DNA of 64,000 nucleotides. It comes from Fimbriimonadia bacterium. Its GTDB lineage: Bacteria > Armatimonadota > Fimbriimonadia > Fimbriimonadales > JABRVX01. Under the pieces are notes generated by a model. That model did no database searches. It was not told the DNA's origin and worked only from the letters and a program-made list of their open reading frames with translations. Positions 40,578 through 47,347 of the stretch are shown piece by piece. The stretch covers positions 64,001 to 128,000 of the forward strand of contig JBGPGO010000007.1 of assembly GCA_041483895.1 (NCBI GenBank), read 5' to 3'. Made by a program: the position numbers and the translations under genes. The first letter of the stretch is position 1, and each line of letters begins with the position of its first letter.

Positions 40578-41497
40578 GTCTGGATCGGCAGAACCCCAAG
40601 GGCCTCGGCGACCGCCCGAATATGGTCCGGAGTCGTCCCGCAGCAACCCCCAAAGATGCGGACCCCTGCCGCGATGGCCGACACCGCGCAGTGGGCCAGT
40701 TCCTCCGGTGGTGCCAGATACACGGTCGAAGCGCCGGTAAATCTCGGTTCCCCCGCATTCGGCTGGAGCAAGACCGGCACGCCCTGAGAGGCCGCAACCA
40801 ATTCGGGCGCCAAGTCAACGTAATCCGACATGCTGAGGTTAGTTCCGCAGTTTGCCCCGACCGCATCGGCGCCCGCTGAAAGGGCGGCGGCAAGCGCATC
40901 GCGGACCGTCGCGCCCATCATCGTTCGGAAGCCTTCGCCGGTTCGCTGGAACGCATAGCTTGCCAGTACCGGCCAGTCCCCGGCCTCCCGGGCGACGCCC
41001 ACTGCCAAGGACATCTCAATCGGGTCTGCCATCGTTTCCACAATCACTCCATCCGCGCCGGCTTCTTGAAATGCCTCAATCTGCACGCGGGTCGCCGTGA
41101 GAAACTCATCCTCCGTGGTCTCTCCGTATGGTTCCAAGAACCCGCCAAAGGGGCCGATGTCGCCCAACACCCAACCGTCGTCTCCGACGGCCCGGCGGGC
41201 AATTTGGACGGCCGCCGCGCTCAGCTCGCCACAGCGGTCGGCAAGGCTATGCCGTTCCAATGCCAGGGCGCTGCCGCCGAAAGTATTCGCCGAAACGACC
41301 CGCGATCCGGCCTCCGCGTACGAGCGATGGACATCTTCGACCGCTTCCTGATGGTCGATATTCCAGAGCTGCGCGCATGTGGCGGCGGTAAGTCCGGCGT
41401 GGAGGAGCATGCTTCCCATCGCGCCGTCCATCAGAAGCACTCCTTCCGCGAATTGCTGATCGAGCCAGGCCTGCCCTGAGCTTGTCGAACGGGTCAT
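40574..41497 (-). CDS. Homocysteine S-methyltransferase domain protein (stand-alone MetH N-terminal module)
   Basis: LMDGAMGSML, HRSYAEAGS, ANTFG, GDIGPFG, VETM, GANCG, PNAGEP, GGCCGTTPDHI (Zn-binding Cys). Confidence 0.92.
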   Translation of the reverse strand: MTRSTSSGQAWLDQQFAEGVLLMDGAMGSMLLHAGLTAATCAQLWNIDHQEAVEDVHRSYAEAGSRVVSANTFGGSALALERHSLADRCGELSAAAVQIARRAVGDDGWVLGDIGPFGGFLEPYGETTEDEFLTATRVQIEAFQEAGADGVIVETMADPIEMSLAVGVAREAGDWPVLASYAFQRTGEGFRTMMGATVRDALAAALSAGADAVGANCGTNLSMSDYVDLAPELVAASQGVPVLLQPNAGEPRFTGASTVYLAPPEELAHCAVSAIAAGVRIFGGCCGTTPDHIRAVAEALGVLPIQT

Positions 41498-42714
41498 GCC
41501 GTCGCCTCACCCGCTACCATCCCTTCACAGTCAGACTGTGTAGGGATGGTAGCGGGTGGTCCGAGGTGCCAGACCTTGCCCATCGGCTTGAGGTTGATTC
41601 CATGACCCCAACGCTTGCGGGCAAGGCGGAGATAGTAAAGATAGCTGTCAAGCGGGACGTCGGGCGGGACGCGGTGGTCGCAAAACGGTATGTATCCGCC
41701 TTCCTCGACGAGCGGGGCCAGGCGGTCGATCTCCTCTCGAATGCCACGGCGGCTTCCCGCTAAGATGTGCTTGTCGAAACCGCCCATCATGAGAAGGTCC
41801 TTGCCATATTCCTTTCTGTACCGCAGAGGATCTGCCCCCCAAGTGCCGATCTCGACCGGAAACATGCAGTTCACCCCGACGCCCATCCATAGCGGGATCA
41901 GGTTCTCGATGTTGCCGTCGCAGTCCAGCCATATGATGTCCACGCCGTGTTTGTGCAGCAGGTCCGTGATTCTCCGATAGCGCGGCATCAGGAATTGACG
42001 GAAGTGGTCGAGGCCCAAAAGCGGGCCGCCGGAATAGCACATGTCCTCCCACATGCCGCAGGCGTCGAACTGAACCCCCGAATCGAACGCCTTTTGTAGA
42101 TACCCGCAGACCAGATCGGCAATCGTGTCCACCATCTCTTCGAACCACGCGGGGTCGTCATAAACGACGTAGGAGACGTTTTCGACTCCCATCCAATTGC
42201 GAATCCACCCGTACAGGCTGCCGCCAGGGAGGGTGAGAACGTTTGGCCGGTACGGGTTCTTCCACCGCTTGATGCGCTCGGACCAAGCGGGAGGGAATCG
42301 GCCCGGCGAATCGGGATTGAGGCGCGGTTTGTAGTGTTTCTCCCAACTCTCCCGGTCTGTAAGCAAGTGGCTTACGTGCATCGGGATGGAGCCCATGAAC
42401 TTGTGCCGAAGGACCCGAACGCCGTCCTCGCCTTGCACGACCTCCATGTCGCCGCGATCTTCGATGACCACTCGTTCGAACCATGGATCGAGCGATTCGC
42501 GGATGCCGACCCAGCCCTCATACCGATCCATGCCGAAGAAGTCGCAGGCTGTATTCTCGTCCAGATGCTCCGGCAGGCCCTGCCCTTTCCAAAGTTCGAT
42601 CGTTTCCGACCAAAACCCGAAGTCGCAGATGGGGACTCGGTCGGGAGAACTTGCGACTCGGTCAGGAGACCGGTCGCATCGCATGGTCGCCAGGAATCGT
42701 TCGCGGTCGTTCAT
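41494..42714 (-). CDS. Uroporphyrinogen decarboxylase/MtaA family methyltransferase-like protein with repeat-derived N- and C-terminal peptides
   Basis: MNDRERF, GFWSETIELWKGQGLP, WEDMCYSGGPL, WLDCDGN, MGGFDK, GGYIPFCDHRVPPDV. Confidence 0.87.
   Translation of the reverse strand: MNDRERFLATMRCDRSPDRVASSPDRVPICDFGFWSETIELWKGQGLPEHLDENTACDFFGMDRYEGWVGIRESLDPWFERVVIEDRGDMEVVQGEDGVRVLRHKFMGSIPMHVSHLLTDRESWEKHYKPRLNPDSPGRFPPAWSERIKRWKNPYRPNVLTLPGGSLYGWIRNWMGVENVSYVVYDDPAWFEEMVDTIADLVCGYLQKAFDSGVQFDACGMWEDMCYSGGPLLGLDHFRQFLMPRYRRITDLLHKHGVDIIWLDCDGNIENLIPLWMGVGVNCMFPVEIGTWGADPLRYRKEYGKDLLMMGGFDKHILAGSRRGIREEIDRLAPLVEEGGYIPFCDHRVPPDVPLDSYLYYLRLARKRWGHGINLKPMGKVWHLGPPATIPTQSDCEGMVAGEATA
41508..41558. 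repeat. 51-bp near-perfect palindrome (extended family B) within the 3' end of the UroD-family CDS
   Basis: CACCCGCTACCATCCCT-T-CACAGTC-A-GACTGTG-T-AGGGATGGTAGCGGGTG; encodes the PPATIPTQSDCEGMVAG tail. Confidence 0.9.
42634..42680 (+). repeat. Family A copy (42652-42680) plus adjacent half-site-like sequence (42634-42648), inside CDS
   Basis: Translated as CDRSPDRVASSPDRVP. Confidence 0.9.
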
Positions 42715-42715
42715 A

Positions 42716-43795
42716 TCAATCGTAGTTCCCGTACTTGTCCACCATCTCAATCACAAAGCGGTAGGTATCCCAGCTCACGGTCGGGGGGACGGAGTGGTCG
42801 GAATGATACGCGTAGCCGAGGGTCGCCATCCCAGCCTCCAGCTTCGACCGGACCTCCTCCTCAATCCGCTCCTTGTCATTGGTCGCCATCACCATCACGT
42901 CGATGTTGCCGAACATCGCCAGGCGTTTCCCGTATTTTGGGGCCATCTCGCGCACGTCCATTCCCGCTTTCGCCTCCAGCGGCTGCAGGCAATCGAATCC
43001 GGCGTCGATGTAGTCCGGCAGGATGGAATTGACGTCGCCGTCGGTGTGAAAAATGAAGGGTAAATTATGTTCATGCGCCCAATCGGCAAGCCGCTTGTGG
43101 TCCGGCCAGACATATTTGCGATACATGGCAGGCGAGCAAAACGGTCCCCGACGGTAGGCCATGTCGCCGAATATCCAGACGCCATCGGTGTCAATGCCGT
43201 GTCGAACCAAATTATCGAAGTCCTTGAGCACGAGGTCGGTCATGGTCTGGGAGATGTCCACCGCCCATTCCGGGTCATCGATAAGGGCTATGAGGAAAGT
43301 CTCGTCCCCCACTTGTCTTCGGGCAAGTTCAAAGGTTTCCAAGGCGCAATGAAATGTCCAGCGGCCGTTCCGCCTTCCGAGCGTCCAATAGTCGCGGCAC
43401 ACAGTCGGGTCGGCGAACGGCCATGCTTCCAGCAGTTTCGGCTTGTAGACCTTGTACCAATCCTCGCGCGTTTGGCAACCGAAGCCGGTATGTTCCGGCG
43501 TGCCAGACTTGTGCTTCCAATACTTCGTCAAATTGTCATATTGGTCGCGGAACGTCCGAGTGAATTCGTCTTCCGCTACGGTCATGTCTTGACCGGGAAA
43601 CGGCCGCGGCTCACTCCACATCGTGGGTTGAAAGTCATACCCGATGAACTCCAGCGCCGCATCGGTCATTCCCTCGGAGCGCCAACGGGTGATGGTCTCA
43701 TCCCAATGGCTGTCCCCTCGTGGGATGCAGTCTTGTGCCTCACGCCGGAGCATCCGGTTGAACCGCTCCCTCCCGGACATACGGGTGTTTCTCAT
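42716..43795 (-). CDS. Uroporphyrinogen decarboxylase/MtaA family methyltransferase-like protein
   Basis: MSGRERF, WDETITRWRSEGM, FGDMAYRRGPFCSP, IFHTDGD, LQPLEAKAGMD, FGNID, YHSDHSVPP. Confidence 0.88.
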   Translation of the reverse strand: MRNTRMSGRERFNRMLRREAQDCIPRGDSHWDETITRWRSEGMTDAALEFIGYDFQPTMWSEPRPFPGQDMTVAEDEFTRTFRDQYDNLTKYWKHKSGTPEHTGFGCQTREDWYKVYKPKLLEAWPFADPTVCRDYWTLGRRNGRWTFHCALETFELARRQVGDETFLIALIDDPEWAVDISQTMTDLVLKDFDNLVRHGIDTDGVWIFGDMAYRRGPFCSPAMYRKYVWPDHKRLADWAHEHNLPFIFHTDGDVNSILPDYIDAGFDCLQPLEAKAGMDVREMAPKYGKRLAMFGNIDVMVMATNDKERIEEEVRSKLEAGMATLGYAYHSDHSVPPTVSWDTYRFVIEMVDKYGNYD

Positions 43796-43801
43796 TGCGC
43801 G

Positions 43802-44428
43802 CTAGCCCGCCAGGAGCCGGCGGGCGGTTTCGACTCCGCTCGCGGCGTCGGAGGCAAATGCGTCCGCACCGATCTGGTCGGCAAATTCCTGAGTGATGGG
43901 GGCTCCGCCGATGATCACCTTCGCCTTGACACCCGATTCTCGTATCGCCGAAATCGTGGCTTTCATGGAGGGCATGGTTGTGGTCAAGAGGGCGGAAAGC
44001 CCTATTAGGTGAGCGCCGTTTTCTTGGGCGGCCTCGACGAAACGTTCGGCGGGCACATTGGTTCCCAGGTCAATCACATTGAAATGAGCGCCCCGCCACA
44101 TCATCGCGACCAGGTTCTTTCCGATGTCGTGGAGGTCGCCTTGGACGGTCCCGATAACGGCGGTGTGTTCCGGCCGGATACCGGCCCTGACCAAGATCGG
44201 CTCCAGCAGCGCCATGCTTTCCTTCATCGCGCGGGCGGCGATCAGCATTTCGGGTACAAACGCCTCGTTCCTTTGAAACCGATCCCCGACAACGTCCATG
44301 CCGCTGACAAGGGCGGAGAGAATGTCCTTGGGGTTGGTGTTTGCGTCTATCAATTCCTGCGTGAGGCTGGCCGCTTCTTTGCGGTCGCCTCGGATCACGG
44401 CTTCGCTCAACGATTGAAACTGTGTCAT
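43802..44428 (-). CDS. Methyltransferase-cognate corrinoid (B12-binding) protein
   Basis: Cap domain GMDVVGDRF..FVPEML; DxHxxG motif GTVQGDLHDIGKNLV; GLSALLTTT; IIGGAP; IGAD. Confidence 0.93.
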   Translation of the reverse strand: MTQFQSLSEAVIRGDRKEAASLTQELIDANTNPKDILSALVSGMDVVGDRFQRNEAFVPEMLIAARAMKESMALLEPILVRAGIRPEHTAVIGTVQGDLHDIGKNLVAMMWRGAHFNVIDLGTNVPAERFVEAAQENGAHLIGLSALLTTTMPSMKATISAIRESGVKAKVIIGGAPITQEFADQIGADAFASDAASGVETARRLLAG

Positions 44429-44575
44429 GAAGACTCCTTCGCGGATGCGCGGCCAGGGGATTTGCCCCCGACCGTGTCCTCAATCCCTATTATGAGGCAC
44501 AAGAAATCCAAATTCCAGGCGAAATTGGCTGAATCGGCAGAACCGTTTGCCAAATTCGCGATAAAATTCACACAA

Positions 44576-45412
44576 GTGACGAATCCACCCAAAACGGCGG
44601 TGATTTTGTGCTCGGTGCTGGAAACCGAGGTGGAGCATTTCGCCAGAGATCTCACTCATATCGTTCACATCGCAAAACTGCCTCAGGGGCTGCACGACGA
44701 TCCGCCGCGCCTGCGACGGGAGCTTCAGTCGCTGGTCGACCAGATCGAGTCGGAGCATAGCCCGGAGGTGATCGCCCTCGTCTACGGCCTGTGCAGCCGA
44801 GGGACTGAGGGGGTGTTCACGAAAACTTCCCGCCTCGTGATACCGAGAGCCCACGACTGCATCACCCTCCTGCTTGGGAGCAAGGAGCGGTACGCGGATT
44901 ATGTGCGCTTGCATCCCGGGACCTATTGGTACAGCCCCGGCTGGAACCGCCACCATATCCCACCGGGTCCAGAACGGCATAGGCTCCTATATGAGGAATA
45001 TCGCGATAAGTACGGGGAGGATAACGCGGATTATCTTATGCAGATGGAGCAGAATTGGTTCACCACCTACGACCGGGCAACGTATGTGGACATGGGTGTC
45101 GGGGCGACGGAAGATGACATCCGTTTCACAAAAGGGTGCGCAGAGTGGTTGAAATGGAACTTCGATCGCCAGCACGGCACGCCGGATCTTTTGAAAGCGC
45201 TGCTGACGGGCCAATGGGATGAGGAGCGCTTCCTCGTGTTGGAACCAGGCCAGACCTTCTCGATGACGGCGGACGAGCGCATCATCGACATCGTAGACGA
45301 GCGACTCGGTCGGGAGACCGGTCGCATCACGGAGCGGGAGAGCGACGAGCGATTCGGTCAGGAGACCGGTCGCATCGACATCGCGCGGGACCCCAGTGCG
45401 GATCACGATTGA
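44576..45412 (+). CDS. DUF1638-like protein (start uncertain: GTG 44576 or ATG 44492)
   Basis: VILCSVLETE, LPQGLH..P..LRRELQ, YGLCSRG, PRAHDCITLLLGS, PGTYWYSPGW; C-terminus contains repeat A peptides. Confidence 0.8.
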   Translation: MTNPPKTAVILCSVLETEVEHFARDLTHIVHIAKLPQGLHDDPPRLRRELQSLVDQIESEHSPEVIALVYGLCSRGTEGVFTKTSRLVIPRAHDCITLLLGSKERYADYVRLHPGTYWYSPGWNRHHIPPGPERHRLLYEEYRDKYGEDNADYLMQMEQNWFTTYDRATYVDMGVGATEDDIRFTKGCAEWLKWNFDRQHGTPDLLKALLTGQWDEERFLVLEPGQTFSMTADERIIDIVDERLGRETGRITERESDERFGQETGRIDIARDPSADHD

Positions 45413-45456
45413 GGATGCGACCGGTGGGGATGCGACCGGTTTCCCGACCGAGTCGC
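45301..45456. repeat. Family A cluster at the DUF1638/RACo junction: two direct copies, one inverted half, one inverted copy
   Basis: 45301-45328 (+), 45349-45376 (+), 45414-45425 (- half), 45429-45456 (-). Confidence 0.9.
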
Positions 45457-47090
45457 TCGTTATCGGTCCGGACAAACTGGGACTGCGGCTGACCCGCATC
45501 CTTCGGGGCGAGGGATTGCCGCTCAACACCCGGTGCGGGGAAAAGGATATGTGCGCCGGCTGCACGATCGAGCTGGTGCGCGGGTCTTTGGTCCATGTGG
45601 AGACGGGGGAGGTCGCGCTGCCGGGCGAAATCCGCGCCTGCCAATATATGGTGGGATCGGACGCTGAAGTCGTGTTGCGAATTCCGCCTCGGGCGTTGCT
45701 TGCCTACGCGCCGCAAGTGGTGGCCGACTATCGAATCAACGTGCCCTACGCGCGGGATCCCCTTGCCGATTCGGGGCTGGGAGTGGCGGTCGATGTTGGA
45801 ACGACGACGGTGGTGGTCCAGCTTGTCGATCTGCTCACCGGAGATACTGTGGGGAGGGCGGCGGGTTTCAATAAACAGATGCACTTTGGCGATGACGTGC
45901 TGACTCGGATCAACCTCTGCTCCACGGATGTCGCCATGTTGGCGGAACTTCAACGGGCCATCGTCGCGGAGACCCTGCGACCGCTCTTGGATGAGGCCCT
46001 CGCCGGGGCAGAACGGCAGAGGGACGAAGTGTCTTGCATTACGGTTGCCGGCAATACGACGATGCTGCATTTGCTCGTTGGCGAGGACCCAAGTCCGATG
46101 GGGATCGCTCCGTTCACGCCGAGGTTCTTGGATCGAGGTCCGTTTCCGGCCGGCGCGATCGGGTTGGAACCGGGCGACGCGAACGTCCATCTGCTGCCTT
46201 CCATCGCCGCCTACATCGGCGCGGACCTGACTGCCGGGCTGTTGGCGTCCGGATTGGCGTATGAGGAGGGACCGAGCCTGCTTGTGGACGTGGGGACCAA
46301 CGGCGAGATTCTTTTGATGCACGGCGGGGAGATATCCGGCTGCGCGACGGCCGCGGGACCGGCGTTTGAAGGGTCTCGGCTGACCTGCGGCCTGCGGGCG
46401 GGCGAGGGCGCGATTTCGCACTTGTCCCTCGAAGCCGATCCGTTCGCGGTGCGCTACGAGGTGATTGGCGACGGTGGCGGCCGGCCGACGGGACTATGCG
46501 GATCGGCGTACATCGATTTCCTTGCGGAGGGCCGACGCGTGGGTCTTCTCGACGAGATCGGGAGGTTTTCTTCCGCCTTGGGGTGCGACTCGGTCGGGAG
46601 ACCGGTCGCATCGAACGACGAGCGACTCGGTCAGGAGACCGGTCGCATCAATGGCATCAAGGAGACCGGTCGCATCAAGAGTGGGAGATGTTTCAAAGTG
46701 GCCAAAGGCCAGGGCGCCCGGGCGATCGTCGTCTCTGAGGCGGATGTGGCTTCCTTGCTGCAGGCCAAAGCGGCAATTGCGGCTGGGATATTGACCCTGT
46801 TGGCCCGGCACAAATTGGACTCGGCTGACGTCAAAACGCTCTATCTGGCGGGCGGCTTTGGCATGCACCTGGACATCGGAAACGCCATCGCATGCGGTCT
46901 GCTTCCGGGCTTTAGCGTCGAACAGGTGCAGCTGGTCGGCAATGCCTCGCTGGCCGGGGCCACCCTGGCGTTGCTCGACAAGAACCTGCTGGCGGAGATG
47001 AAGACGCTGCGAGAGAAGGTCGAAGTGGTAGAGCTCAACCTCGATCCATCCTTCGAGGACCGCTACATCAGCCAACTGTCATTGCCGTAG
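45396..47090 (+). CDS. ASKHA-type reductive activator of corrinoid proteins (RACo/RamA-like) with N-terminal 2Fe-2S domain
   Basis: CGEKDMCAGC..ACQ; AVDVGTTTV, FGDDVLTRI, AGNTTMLHL, DVGTNGEI, AAGPAFEG, GLCGS, QAKAAIAAG, LAGGFG, GNASLAGA. Confidence 0.9.
   Translation: MRITIEDATGGDATGFPTESLVIGPDKLGLRLTRILRGEGLPLNTRCGEKDMCAGCTIELVRGSLVHVETGEVALPGEIRACQYMVGSDAEVVLRIPPRALLAYAPQVVADYRINVPYARDPLADSGLGVAVDVGTTTVVVQLVDLLTGDTVGRAAGFNKQMHFGDDVLTRINLCSTDVAMLAELQRAIVAETLRPLLDEALAGAERQRDEVSCITVAGNTTMLHLLVGEDPSPMGIAPFTPRFLDRGPFPAGAIGLEPGDANVHLLPSIAAYIGADLTAGLLASGLAYEEGPSLLVDVGTNGEILLMHGGEISGCATAAGPAFEGSRLTCGLRAGEGAISHLSLEADPFAVRYEVIGDGGGRPTGLCGSAYIDFLAEGRRVGLLDEIGRFSSALGCDSVGRPVASNDERLGQETGRINGIKETGRIKSGRCFKVAKGQGARAIVVSEADVASLLQAKAAIAAGILTLLARHKLDSADVKTLYLAGGFGMHLDIGNAIACGLLPGFSVEQVQLVGNASLAGATLALLDKNLLAEMKTLREKVEVVELNLDPSFEDRYISQLSLP
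46584..46676 (+). repeat. Family A array inside the RACo CDS (two full copies + one half)
   Basis: 46584-46612, 46622-46649, 46661-46676; translated CDSVGRPVAS-NDE-RLGQETGRI-NGI-KETGRI. Confidence 0.93.
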
Positions 47091-47120
47091 CGCTCTCGGA
47101 CGTTGTGGCTCGGGCTCCGG

Positions 47121-47310
47121 ATAGGTCGTATAGGACGTATAGGACGTATGGGTCCTATCGGCAAGCATTGCGAGCCCGGTCAGGAGACCCCGGAAGAACT
47201 TGCGACTCGGTCAGGAGACCGGCCGCATCCAGTGGAAGTTCCGACCCCCTTCACAGTGCGACTGTGAAGGGATAAAGTACTTGCGACTCGGTCAGGAGAC
47301 CGGTCGCATC
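47121..47310. repeat. Composite intergenic repeat block: 9-mer tandem array (47121-47158), degenerate A, A (47201-47229), B (47247-47271), A (47282-47310)
   Basis: Lies between the convergent RACo and GH36 genes; direct matches to all three repeat families. Confidence 0.9.
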
Positions 47311-47347
47311 CAGTGCTAGACGCCTGCGACGACCTCCATCCGGTTAG

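Noticed and set aside
39618..43795. True hemE (uroporphyrinogen decarboxylase) call
   Set aside because: The HemE N-terminal RQAGR motif is absent; three paralogues in a corrinoid context favour methyltransferase-like function.
44009..44575. 5' part of the 467-aa ORF
   Set aside because: Most of it overlaps the corrinoid gene antisense; DUF1638-like motifs begin only at about 44590.
44429..44575. Cobalamin or SAM riboswitch ahead of the corrinoid genes
   Set aside because: No recognisable conserved box by eye; an Rfam/Infernal scan would be needed to exclude one.
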